The notes beneath the pieces were generated by a model, which was not told where the DNA came from, made no database searches, and saw nothing but the letters and a program-made list of their open reading frames with translations. Both the position numbers and the translations under genes were made by a program. Of a DNA stretch of 64,000 nt, positions 1 to 8,618 are shown in pieces (position 1 is the stretch's first letter; every line of letters begins with the position of its first letter). This DNA is from an uncultured Prevotella sp. (lineage in GTDB: Bacteria; Bacteroidota; Bacteroidia; Bacteroidales; Bacteroidaceae): the NCBI GenBank assembly GCA_900543975.1, contig UQTI01000004.1:1474-65473 (forward strand), written 5' to 3'.

Positions 1-117
1 CAGGTCGCGAACGGTCTGTGCTCCGACGGTCAGGGGGAGCAGCAGCAGGAGAAGGGCGATCGCCCGACGGGGCTGAACGCTTCGCAGCCAGGCGAGAGGG
101 TTTGTTGATATTGCCAT
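1..117 (-). CDS. N-terminal fragment of a secreted protein; gene continues beyond the window start
   Basis: Reverse complement from 117 reads MAISTNPLAWLRSVQPRRAIALLLLLLPLTVGAQTVRDL, a signal-peptide-like start. The ORF is open to the window edge. Confidence 0.3.
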   Translation of the reverse strand, partial: MAISTNPLAWLRSVQPRRAIALLLLLLPLTVGAQTVRDL

Positions 118-267
118 TTTTGTTGTTTTGTGCCATGCAATGGCACGGTTAAAAAAACAAGTGTGCCGGACGGTCCCGACACACTTGTTTTTATCGTTTT
201 TGTTGCTTTAACATGTTATGTTGCGGTCACGCGCTGTGTCCGCGCAAGAAGGGTGCGCGGGGAGAGA

Positions 268-2019
268 TCAGTCGGCGATGCCGAGATCTTTCTCGATGGC
301 GGCAATCTTCTCTGTGGCCTCGGCGTTGCAACGGGTGTAGCAGCCTGCACACTTCATTGTGCCCTTTACCTCAATATAGAACTTGATCTTGGGCTCTGTG
401 CCTGAAGGACGCACGCTCACCTTGGTGTCGTCGTCGCAGAACCACTGGAGCACGTTGCTTGTGGCGGGCATGTCGAGCTTGGTCACGGTGCCGTCGGCTG
501 CCTTCTGCTCGAGAGTCTGATAGTCTTTCCAGAGCACCACCTTGCTGCCGCCGAGCTCTGCGGGAGGATTCTCGCGGAAGCGTGTCATCATGGCCTTGAT
601 CTCGTCGGCGCCGCTCTTTCCGGGGCGCACCACGTTGACGGTAAACTCTTTAGAGAAGCCATACTCGAGATAGATGTCCATGAGCAGGTCGTAGAGCGTC
701 TTGCCCTGGTCCTTGGCGTAGGCGCAGATCTCGGCCAGCAGAGAGCATGCCGACACGGCGTCCTTGTCGCGCACGAAGTCTTCAGCGAGGAAGCCGTAGC
801 TCTCCTCACCACCGCCGATATATTTCTGCTTGCCCTCAGAGAGAGCGATCTCGCGGGCGATCCACTTGAAGCCTGTGTAGCAGTCGCGCATCTCGATGTG
901 CTGCTTCTCGGCGATCTTGCGTATTACCTCGGTGGTCACGATGGTCTTCACGATGAAGTCGGTGGGCTGCATCTTGCCTGTCTTGATGCGGTTGGTGATG
1001 ATGTAATAGAGGAAGATGAGACAGGTCTGGTTGCCGTTGATCAGGATCCACTCGCCCTTGTCGTTCTTGCAAGCCATGCCCACGCGGTCGGCGTCGGGGT
1101 CGCTGGCCATCACGATGTCGGCATCGAGCTCCTTGGCGTCGCGCAGAGCCAGGGTCAGGGCCTCTCCGTTCTCGGGGTTGGGGCTCTTGACGGTGGGGAA
1201 GTCGCCGCTCTTGACCATCTGCTCCTCAACGCAATGAACGTTGTCGAAGCCCCACGCCTTGAGCGAGCGCGGGATCATGGCCATGCCTGTGCCGTGGAGC
1301 GGTGTGTAGACGATCTTGAGGTCGTGCTGGCGCTTGATGACCTCGGGGTCGATGGAGAGGGTCTTCACCTCTTCGAGGTAGACCTTGTCGATGTCTTCGC
1401 CGATGATCTGGATGAGGGTCTTGTTGCCTTCAAACTTCACGTCCTCGATCTGCACCTTGTTAACCTCGTCGATGATGCCTGTGTCGTGGGGAGCGAGCAC
1501 CTGAGCGCCGTCTTCCCAGTAGGCCTTGTAGCCGTTATACTCGCGCGGGTTATGAGATGCCGTGATGTTGACACCTGCCTGGCAGCCCAGATGGCGTATG
1601 GCGAAGGAGCACTCGGGTGTGGGGCGCATGTCGTCGAAGAGGTAGACCTTGATGCCGTTGGCTGAGAAGATGTCGGCCACGGTCTCGGCGAACAGGCGGC
1701 TGTTGTTGCGGCAGTCGTGGCACACAACAACGGCAACCTCCTCGCGCTGTGCGAAATTTTTCTTCAGATAGTTGGCGAAGCCCTGTGTGGCCATGCCCAC
1801 GGTGTATATGTTCATGCGGTTGCTGCCGGCACCCATGATGCCGCGCAGACCGCCTGTTCCAAACTCCAGGTCTTTGTAGAAACACTCAATGAGGTCGGTC
1901 TTGTCGGCCTTGTCGAGCATTGCCTGCACGTCGGCACGTGTTGACTCGTCGAAAGAAGGTGTGAGCCACTTCTCTGCTTTTGCCACACACTGGGCAATGA
2001 GTTCTGCATTATTTTCCAT
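268..2019 (-). CDS. pgm: phosphoglucomutase/phosphomannomutase family (alpha-D-phosphohexomutase)
   Basis: 583 aa ORF with the active-site motif GVNITASHNPREYNGYK and the GGLRG loop. Length matches PgcA-type phosphoglucomutases. Confidence 0.85.
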   Translation of the reverse strand: MENNAELIAQCVAKAEKWLTPSFDESTRADVQAMLDKADKTDLIECFYKDLEFGTGGLRGIMGAGSNRMNIYTVGMATQGFANYLKKNFAQREEVAVVVCHDCRNNSRLFAETVADIFSANGIKVYLFDDMRPTPECSFAIRHLGCQAGVNITASHNPREYNGYKAYWEDGAQVLAPHDTGIIDEVNKVQIEDVKFEGNKTLIQIIGEDIDKVYLEEVKTLSIDPEVIKRQHDLKIVYTPLHGTGMAMIPRSLKAWGFDNVHCVEEQMVKSGDFPTVKSPNPENGEALTLALRDAKELDADIVMASDPDADRVGMACKNDKGEWILINGNQTCLIFLYYIITNRIKTGKMQPTDFIVKTIVTTEVIRKIAEKQHIEMRDCYTGFKWIAREIALSEGKQKYIGGGEESYGFLAEDFVRDKDAVSACSLLAEICAYAKDQGKTLYDLLMDIYLEYGFSKEFTVNVVRPGKSGADEIKAMMTRFRENPPAELGGSKVVLWKDYQTLEQKAADGTVTKLDMPATSNVLQWFCDDDTKVSVRPSGTEPKIKFYIEVKGTMKCAGCYTRCNAEATEKIAAIEKDLGIAD

Positions 2020-2197
2020 AAGATTATTATTTGTTTAATGTTAATATTAATACCAATGTTAGGTGCAAAGATAATGAGAATAAAAGACAACACAAAGAAT
2101 TGACGCTACATTTTTTGCGTCACGAAACGAAAATGTTGCTTCTTTTGCCGCTTTTTTATTGCTTCTTTGCCGCTTCTTTAGCGTTTTTAGCGCTTTT

Positions 2198-2530
2198 TTA
2201 TCGCAACTCGGGCACGATGGCGAAGAACACGAGGTCTTCGGTGCCGTCGTTTGCCATGTAATGGGCGTGGCCTTTGGGGCAATAGTGGACCTGACCCGGG
2301 CCCACGGTTTCCACCACGTCGTCATAATGGCATGTTGCCACGCCGCTGAGCACATAGATCACCTCACAGTTGGTCTCATGTGTGTGCAGACCTGTTGAAG
2401 CTCCTGCGGGGAGAATGTTTTTCATTATCTTACATGTGTCGTCGCCGAAAGCGCGACAAACGAACAGGCCTTTTCCACCCTTGAAGCCGTCGATGTTGGC
2501 GGCAGGAATTTTTGAAAAATCTATTACCAT
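2198..2530 (-). CDS. cupin domain protein
   Basis: 110 aa ORF with a His-rich cupin-like metal-binding pattern (GLHTHETNCEVIYVLSG ... HYCPKGHAHY). Confidence 0.55.
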   Translation of the reverse strand: MVIDFSKIPAANIDGFKGGKGLFVCRAFGDDTCKIMKNILPAGASTGLHTHETNCEVIYVLSGVATCHYDDVVETVGPGQVHYCPKGHAHYMANDGTEDLVFFAIVPELR

Positions 2531-2591
2531 AATATATTTTTATATGTGTTTTGTTGTGAACCACGGTTTTTTGCAGGTTCAGATGTTATTT

Positions 2592-4376
2592 TCAGTTTCT
2601 TTTCGACTTCTTTTTCAGTTCGAGCTTGGGAATTTTCACCTTCGTGCCTTCTGTCACCTCCTTGCCGTTGAGGGCTTCGACATAACACTCCATGCCTTCA
2701 CCCAGATGGGCGCGGCTGATGGAAGCGAGCGTCTGCCCCCGGCGTGCCACAACGACCTGTGCCACACCTGTTATGCGGTAGGCACCTGTCCTGACGCGCG
2801 GGTCGGAATTGTAAGAAGAGGGTTGGGCGGTTGCCTGTCGGGAGCCTTTAGGTTGGGCTGACGGGCCGTGGGCCGCTGCCGACGGTTTGGCGGCAGGAGC
2901 AGGGCGGTTGGCAGCAGGTTTTGCGGGTTTAGGTTCTGACGGGGCGTTGGATGAGCCTTGAGGGGCGCTGGCTTGAGGGGCTGCGGCTGACGGGGCGTTG
3001 GCAGATTTAGACAGGGTGCTGCCTTGAGGGGCGGTTCCCTGAGAGGTGCTGCCTTGCGGGGCGGTTGCTTGCGGGGCGGTTGCTTGAGAGGCGTCTGTTG
3101 GCGCCGTCTGGTCTTTCGTCGCAGCCAGACTGTCTTGTTCAGGCTCGAAGGCAGACCTTTCCTGAAGCATTATGGGGGTGGGTTCAGAGGCCAGGTAGAA
3201 GCAGCCTGCTCCTATCGTTGCAAGCAGCATGACGACACACAGGGCGAGCACCCAGAGCCACAGGCGCATGCGGCGCACGCGCTTCGTGAGCACGAAGTTG
3301 GCGTTCTTCAGCTTGCGGTTCTCGTTGGTGTAGACGAAGCTTTGCTGCTTCATGTCAAACACCTGCTTGCGCAGGTCGTTGGCTATGGAAAGGGCGTCGC
3401 GCAGCTGCTTGTTCCCGGAACCGTCGGCGGCTTGGGAAGAGGCGGTCGAGAGCTGCTTTGACGAGTCGGAAAGGCGCTCCGAGGCCGACGACAGCTTGTC
3501 GGACACGTCGCTCAGCTTGCTCGACGCCGACGACAGCTTGTCGGAAGCATCGGTAAGCTTGTCGGCAACGACATGTATCGGGGTTGGGGCTTCTTCTTTA
3601 TTGGAACCGTCAGCTGGAGCTTTATCTTCAGCTGGGGCTTCTTCTTTAATGGAACCTTCGGCTGGGGCTTTATCTTCGGCTGGAGCTTCATCTTCAGCTG
3701 GGGCTTCTTCTTTAATGGAACCTTCGGCTGGGGCTTTATCTTCAGCGGGGGCTTCATCTTTAATGGAACCTTCGGCTGGAGCTTTATCTTCGGCTGGAGC
3801 TTCTTCTTTAATGGAACCGTCAGCTGGAGCTTTATCTTCGGCTGGGGCTTCATCTTTAATGGAACCGTCAGCTGGAGCTTTATCTTCAGCGGGGGCTTTA
3901 TCTTCAGCTGGAGTTTCATTCTCCTCATCGGCTGTTTCTTCCTCCTCAGCAGCCTCATTCTCCTCAGCAGCCTCGTTCTCTTCAGCCGTTTCGTTTTCAT
4001 CATTCTCCTCAGCCTCTTCTTCTGCCTCAGGGCTTTCGTCTAAGGAAGAAAATTCGACGCCGTCGTTAAGCACAACCGTCTCAAACTGTGCAAACGGGCT
4101 GTTCACGCGGTCGCGGAGAACCACGTCGGGAACAAACGTTATCTTGTTTCGGCTGTCGATGACGATGCGCTCACCCGTGTTCACGTCAACGCTTTCGCGG
4201 GCTCCCACGGGTGTGAGCTTGAATGTGCCAAGGCCCTTGACCTTCACAACGCCCTCTTGCTCAACGGCTTTAAGCAAGACGTCAAACATCTGGGCAACAA
4301 ACTTGTCGGCGTCGGCTTCGGGGAGAGCATAACGCTTGGTCAGCGCTTCGGAAAGCACAGGATACTTGCTGCTCAT
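2592..4376 (-). CDS. HU-like DNA-binding domain / acidic tandem-repeat / transmembrane / LysM-type C-terminal domain protein (HU-CCDC81-like architecture)
   Basis: N-terminal ~100 aa resemble HU (KVKGLGTFKLTPVGARESVDVNTGERIVI). This is followed by about 7 copies of the 16-aa repeat EAPAEDKAPAEGSIKE, a heptad-like DKLSxAS repeat, one hydrophobic TM helix (WLWVLALCVVMLLATIGAGCFYLA), a Pro/Gln/Ala-rich linker and a C-terminal LysM-like motif (YRITGVAQVVVARRGQTLASISRAHLGE...VKIP). It overlaps the upstream HU gene by 4 nt (ATGA). Confidence 0.75.
   Translation of the reverse strand: MSSKYPVLSEALTKRYALPEADADKFVAQMFDVLLKAVEQEGVVKVKGLGTFKLTPVGARESVDVNTGERIVIDSRNKITFVPDVVLRDRVNSPFAQFETVVLNDGVEFSSLDESPEAEEEAEENDENETAEENEAAEENEAAEEEETADEENETPAEDKAPAEDKAPADGSIKDEAPAEDKAPADGSIKEEAPAEDKAPAEGSIKDEAPAEDKAPAEGSIKEEAPAEDEAPAEDKAPAEGSIKEEAPAEDKAPADGSNKEEAPTPIHVVADKLTDASDKLSSASSKLSDVSDKLSSASERLSDSSKQLSTASSQAADGSGNKQLRDALSIANDLRKQVFDMKQQSFVYTNENRKLKNANFVLTKRVRRMRLWLWVLALCVVMLLATIGAGCFYLASEPTPIMLQERSAFEPEQDSLAATKDQTAPTDASQATAPQATAPQGSTSQGTAPQGSTLSKSANAPSAAAPQASAPQGSSNAPSEPKPAKPAANRPAPAAKPSAAAHGPSAQPKGSRQATAQPSSYNSDPRVRTGAYRITGVAQVVVARRGQTLASISRAHLGEGMECYVEALNGKEVTEGTKVKIPKLELKKKSKRN
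3578..3905. repeat. in-frame 48-nt tandem repeat (about 7 copies) inside the HU-LysM gene
   Basis: Repeated unit ...ggggcttcttctttaatggaaccttcggctggggctttatcttc... encoding EAPAEDKAPAEGSIKE on the minus strand. Copies are near-identical. Confidence 0.7.
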
Positions 4377-4660
4377 AGGTCGCCTCCTTTCTTCAGGCGC
4401 TGCTTGACCTCGGCAAGGGGCTTGAACACAAGCACCAGTTTGGGGGGCACCATCAGCTTCTGCCCCGTGGACGGATTTACAACAATGCGCTCCATGCGGT
4501 TTTTCAGTTCGAAAGAACCGAACGACGGCACGGTGACGCTCTCGCCTTCATCGAAGCGCGAAGCCATGGCTTCTATTACGCATCGCACAAGGCGTTGGGT
4601 GTTGTCTTGCGAATAGCCGCTACGTTGCGACAGCTCAGCGATAAAGTCTTTATTGTTCAT
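4373..4660 (-). CDS. HU family DNA-binding protein
   Basis: 95 aa with a typical HU/IHF fold sequence (MNNKDFIAELSQRSGYSQDN...FGSFELKNRMERIVVNPSTGQKLMVPPKLVLVFKP). Confidence 0.85.
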   Translation of the reverse strand: MNNKDFIAELSQRSGYSQDNTQRLVRCVIEAMASRFDEGESVTVPSFGSFELKNRMERIVVNPSTGQKLMVPPKLVLVFKPLAEVKQRLKKGGDL

Positions 4661-4723
4661 CTGTCAGGGGGATTTTTTATTGAACTTTTTGCGTGTTCAG
4701 GGGTTAAGGAAAAACATGGGGGG

Positions 4724-6028
4724 CTACTTGTCGGCCAGCTCGGCATAGAGGTCGAACTCGTCGCTGTCTACTATGCGCACGCGGTGGAACGAGCCCACGC
4801 GCAAGCGGCGGTCGGCAGCAGGGATGAGCACCTCGGGGTCGACCTCGGGCGAACAGTACTGGGAGCGGGCAATGTAATAGTCGCCCTCCTTGCGGTCTAT
4901 TATGACCTTCATCTCCGTGCCCACCTTCGCAGCCTCTACCTCGGCAGAGATCTGCTGCTGAACGGCCATGAGGCGGTCCAGACGGTCTTGTTTCACCTCG
5001 GCGGGAACGTCGTCTTCATAGTGCTCGGCGCTGTAGGTGCCCTCCTCTTCCGAATAGGCGAAGGCGCCCATGCGCTCGAAGCGTGCCCAGCGCACAAACG
5101 ACACCAGCTCCTCAAAGTCGGCCTCGGTCTCGCCGGGGAAGCCCACGAGCAGCGTGGTGCGGATGTTGATGCCCGGCACGCGGCGACGGATCTCGGCGAT
5201 GAGGTCCATGGTCTCTTGCTTGGAGACGTGGCGGTGCATGCGGGTGAGCACGTTGTCGGAGATGTGCTGCAGGGCGATGTCGAGATACTTGCACACGTTG
5301 GGACGCGACGCTATGACGTCGAGCAGCTCCAGGGGAAACTGGTTGGGGTAGGCATAATGGAGGCGGATCCACTCTACGCCCTTTATGTCGGCCATGTGGT
5401 CTATGAGCTCGGCGATGTGGCGCTTGCCGTCGATGTCGACGCCATAATAGGTCAGCTCCTGGGCAATGACCTGTATCTCCTTCACGCCTGAAGCCACCAG
5501 CTCACGCACCTCGTCAAGGATCTCGCTCTCGGGACGGCTGACGTGCTTGCCCGTGATGATGGGTATGGCGCAATAGGCGCAATGGCGGTCGCAGCCCTCG
5601 CTGATCTTGAGGTAGGCATAATGGCGCGGGGTGGTGAGCACACGACGGCCCTCACACGACGGCGTGATGTTGCTGCCGAGGTCCTTGATGAGGTTCTTGT
5701 AGTCGAACTTGCCATAATATTTGTCGACATGAGGAATCTCCTCCTCAAGCTCCTTGCGGTAACGCTGTGAGAGACAGCCCATGACAAAGAGTTTCTTCAA
5801 GCGGCCTTCTTCCTTGGCCTTGGCAAACTCAAGAATGGTGTCTATGCTTTCCTGCTTGGCGTCTTCAATGAAGCCACAGGTGTTTATCACGGCAATCTCG
5901 CCCTGAGGACGCTTGGAATCGTGAGCGCAACGGTAGCCCGCGGCCTCAAACTGACGCATAAGGCTCTCGCTGTCGACAAGGTTCTTGGAACAACCCATCG
6001 TTATAATATCTACATGACCTGACTTCAT
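4724..6028 (-). CDS. rimO: ribosomal protein S12 methylthiotransferase RimO (radical SAM MTTase)
   Basis: 434 aa. N-terminal MTTase domain with GCSKNLVDSE, a CxxxCxxC radical SAM cluster (CDRHCAYCAIP) and a C-terminal TRAM domain. Confidence 0.9.
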   Translation of the reverse strand: MKSGHVDIITMGCSKNLVDSESLMRQFEAAGYRCAHDSKRPQGEIAVINTCGFIEDAKQESIDTILEFAKAKEEGRLKKLFVMGCLSQRYRKELEEEIPHVDKYYGKFDYKNLIKDLGSNITPSCEGRRVLTTPRHYAYLKISEGCDRHCAYCAIPIITGKHVSRPESEILDEVRELVASGVKEIQVIAQELTYYGVDIDGKRHIAELIDHMADIKGVEWIRLHYAYPNQFPLELLDVIASRPNVCKYLDIALQHISDNVLTRMHRHVSKQETMDLIAEIRRRVPGINIRTTLLVGFPGETEADFEELVSFVRWARFERMGAFAYSEEEGTYSAEHYEDDVPAEVKQDRLDRLMAVQQQISAEVEAAKVGTEMKVIIDRKEGDYYIARSQYCSPEVDPEVLIPAADRRLRVGSFHRVRIVDSDEFDLYAELADK

Positions 6029-6075
6029 TGGTGTTTATCTTTTTTCAATATATCTAAATCTAAATTGTTGTTGTC

Positions 6076-6205
6076 TTTGCTGGGGTGTTTTGTTTGCAGG
6101 GGCATTGTTGTTTGCAGGGGCGTTGTTGTTTGCCGGGATGTTGAAATGGGGGTTGAAGGGATGTTGAAAGGGGTGTTGAAAGAGGTGTTGAAGGGGCGTT
6201 GCATG
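6076..6205. repeat. degenerate tandem repeat, about 9 units of GGrYGTTGwwrg(g)
   Basis: gcattgttgtttgcagg ggcgttgttgtttgccgg gatgttgaaatgggg gttgaaggg atgttgaaagg ggtgttgaaaga ggtgttgaagg, located between rimO and ftsY. Confidence 0.5.
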
Positions 6206-6247
6206 GTTTGCGTTGCGAAGCGTTCTGCAAGCCCCTCCTTTTTTATT
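6193..6247 (+). terminator. intrinsic-terminator-like hairpin on the plus strand (GGGGCGTTGCA...TGCAAGCCCC followed by TCCTTTTTTATT)
   Basis: A 10-bp GC-rich stem followed by a T-run on the + strand only. It overlaps the ftsY stop codon. No + strand protein gene lies upstream. Confidence 0.4.
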
Positions 6248-7202
6248 ACTTGTTCTCGAAAAGCGAGTTGACAAACTGCTTCTTGTTGAACAGCTGCAGA
6301 GCCTCCATCGACTCGCCCAGACCGATATATTTTACAGGCACCTTGAGCTGGTCGCTGATGCCGATGACCACGCCGCCCTTGGCTGTGCCGTCGAGCTTGG
6401 TGATGGCGAGGGAGGTGACGGGCGTTACGGCCGCAAACTGCTTGGCCTGCTCAAAGGCGTTCTGCCCCGTGCTGCCGTCGAGCACAAGCATGACCTCGTC
6501 GGGAGCGGTGGGAACGACCTTCTTCATGACGTCCTTGATCTTCTTCAGCTCGTTCATAAGGCCCACCTTGTTGTGAAGGCGGCCAGCCGTGTCGATGAGC
6601 ACCACGTCGGCGCCGTTGGCCTTGGCAGAGGAGATGGTGTCGAAAGCCACAGACGCAGGGTCGGAACCCATCTGCTGCTTGATCACGGGCACGCCCACAC
6701 GTTCGCCCCAGATGCAGATCTGCTCCACGGCGGCGGCACGGAAGGTGTCGGCGGCGCCAAGATAGACCTTCTTGCCGGCTTTCTTAAACTGGTATGCGAG
6801 CTTTCCAATGGTTGTGGTCTTGCCCACGCCGTTCACGCCGACGACAAGGATGACGTAAGGGGTGTGGTCGGAGGGCAGCTCCCAATCGTCGTTGTCGGTG
6901 GTGTTGTTCTCTGAGAGCAACGAAGCGATCTCTTCGCGAAGGATGCGGTTGAGCTCGGAGGTCGACACATACTTGTCGCGGGCAACGCGCTCCTCGATGC
7001 GTTTGATGATCTTGAGCGTGGTGTCAACACCCACGTCGGATGTTATGAGCACCTCCTCAAGGTTGTCAAGCACATCGTCGTCGACGGTCGACTTGCCGGC
7101 AATGGCACGCGCCAGCTTGTCAAACACGCTGTGTTTCGTCTTCTCAAGACCACCATCAAGTATTTCTTTCTTGTTTTTGTTGAAAAGTCCAAATATTCCC
7201 AT
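6246..7202 (-). CDS. ftsY: signal recognition particle receptor FtsY
   Basis: 318 aa with an NG domain and SRP GTPase motifs (GVNGVGKTTTIGKLA, DTAGR, TKLDGTAKGG). Confidence 0.9.
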   Translation of the reverse strand: MGIFGLFNKNKKEILDGGLEKTKHSVFDKLARAIAGKSTVDDDVLDNLEEVLITSDVGVDTTLKIIKRIEERVARDKYVSTSELNRILREEIASLLSENNTTDNDDWELPSDHTPYVILVVGVNGVGKTTTIGKLAYQFKKAGKKVYLGAADTFRAAAVEQICIWGERVGVPVIKQQMGSDPASVAFDTISSAKANGADVVLIDTAGRLHNKVGLMNELKKIKDVMKKVVPTAPDEVMLVLDGSTGQNAFEQAKQFAAVTPVTSLAITKLDGTAKGGVVIGISDQLKVPVKYIGLGESMEALQLFNKKQFVNSLFENK

Positions 7203-7435
7203 TGATTGAAATTTTATTTATTGCAAAATTAAGAAATAAAGCTGAAATAGAAAAGCATTTTCCGTAGATTAATGCAGATAAACCCATAAATAAAGGCAAA
7301 TTAGAGCATTTTGACTAACCAACAAGCACAATCGGCTCCTTTTATATTTACATTCTCAATATTTTTCACTTTTTCTTGTGAAAAAACCTTGATTTGAGAA
7401 ACTTTTCGTAAATTTGTACCCAAAGCAACGTTATT

Positions 7436-7687
7436 ATGAGTCCTGTGTTTAGACGCGAAAGCGAATATACTTTCAAAATATACTCCAACGAGGAGGTACG
7501 GATGCACATCCATGTGCTCTACAACGGCAAGGAGGCCAAATATTGGCTGGAGCCACAGGTAGAACTTGCCAAGAATACAGGCATTCCTGAGCACAAGTTG
7601 AATGAAATTAAGAAAATCGTAGAGAAATATGCAGACAACTTCAAAGAACAATTCCGCCAACACATCGGCAAGCGTATTGATGATTAA
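7436..7687 (+). CDS. DUF4160-like small protein
   Basis: 83 aa (MSPVFRRESEYTFKIYSNEEVRMHIHVLYNGKEAKYWLEP...), typical of the DUF4160 family. Translationally coupled to the next ORF (ATGATTAA overlap). Confidence 0.55.
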   Translation: MSPVFRRESEYTFKIYSNEEVRMHIHVLYNGKEAKYWLEPQVELAKNTGIPEHKLNEIKKIVEKYADNFKEQFRQHIGKRIDD

Positions 7688-7919
7688 CGCTCAGGGCATT
7701 ATGCTCTCTGTGTTGGGTAACGACTATTTCTTGTCATATAACCGCATACCGTGGATGCAGGACGCTCCCATCCGTAGCGTGCTGAACGTACAGATGAGTG
7801 GTCCAGAAGCCATCGAATGGCCCGATCTTGACGTGGATCTCGAAATAGACAGCCTTCGCCATCCTGAACGCTATCCGCTTGTCATCAAACGGAGTCAGAT
7901 GGATTTTGTGGCTGAATAG
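7680..7919 (+). CDS. DUF2442-like small protein
   Basis: In-frame ATG at 7680 overlapping the upstream stop. The product MINAQGIMLSVLGNDYFLSYNRIPWMQDAP...IEWPDLDVDLEIDSL resembles DUF2442, a family commonly paired with DUF4160. Confidence 0.5.
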   Translation: MINAQGIMLSVLGNDYFLSYNRIPWMQDAPIRSVLNVQMSGPEAIEWPDLDVDLEIDSLRHPERYPLVIKRSQMDFVAE

Positions 7920-8138
7920 AGCCGACTGTCTTTTTTTAGAAGGTATGTGGTAAAGAAAAAAATAAGTTATGTACATTTTTTCAAGCAAGCGTCGCCGTGC
8001 TCGATTTTGACGCTTGCCGTCGCCGTGCTCAACTTTGTCGCTTGCTTGAGAAGAAAATCACTTGAAAAGTGTTTATCATACGCTTGCGAAAGTTCAATTA
8101 ATGAATTTAAGACAAGAAGCATTTAACAATAAAGAATC

Positions 8139-8414
8139 ATGAGCACAGAAAACTCTCAACAGATAACGAAAGACAGCGTGGAACAGGCGTTCTGCTTTTT
8201 CCATCAGAAATGGCGCGTGTATGAACATTCTACTATGGATTGGCAAAAGGACGATATAGAATATGCCATCTCTCAATATGTCGAAGAAATGAACACAGCC
8301 CTCTACTCTACCCTCTCGTCCGGAAACAACCATTATCTGCTCACACACGACAGCTTCGCTAAGGATCTGCCTGACGCAATAGACAGACTGGAGGAAATGA
8401 TGGAAAATATTTAA
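8139..8414 (+). CDS. hypothetical protein
   Basis: 91 aa ORF followed by a clean terminator at 8569-8604. No recognisable domain. Confidence 0.35.
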   Translation: MSTENSQQITKDSVEQAFCFFHQKWRVYEHSTMDWQKDDIEYAISQYVEEMNTALYSTLSSGNNHYLLTHDSFAKDLPDAIDRLEEMMENI

Positions 8415-8568
8415 AGGTAAAAGGGTGCTTTAAAGGTAAAAAGGGAGCTTTAAAAGTAAAAAGGTAAAAGGGTAAAAAGGTAAAAAAAGGGCTGGCGCCG
8501 TTGAAAGGAAACGGTAAAAAGGGAAAAAGGTAAAAAAAGGCTGGCTGGGAGCAATATGAATGATTAAC

Positions 8569-8604
8569 GGCGTGCAACACAATGTGTTTGCACGCCGTTT
8601 TTTT
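8569..8604 (+). terminator. rho-independent terminator (GGCGTGCAACAC...GTGTTTGCACGCC then T8)
   Basis: A 12-bp stem with one bulge followed by TTTTTTTT on the + strand. Confidence 0.55.
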
Positions 8605-8618
8605 ATGATAGAGCACGC

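Noticed and set aside
898-1665. 255-aa + strand ORF (with several other overlapping ORFs) antisense to the phosphoglucomutase gene
   Set aside because: It is entirely embedded antisense in a well-supported conserved CDS. Its composition is low-complexity (Gly/Leu/Val/Asp-rich), typical of a GC-rich antisense frame artefact.
3352-4332. Long + strand ORFs (326 aa, 156 aa) and a - strand ORF (163 aa, 3512-4003) inside the HU-LysM gene
   Set aside because: They arise from the 48-nt tandem repeat read in other frames or strands (poly-Ser/Ala, GWGFFF or KIKLQPK repeats). There is no independent support.
6035-6274. 79-aa minus-strand ORF with a QHPF/PANNNA repeat peptide between rimO and ftsY
   Set aside because: Its translation simply mirrors the nucleotide tandem repeat. 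It overlaps the ftsY 3' end and has no start context.
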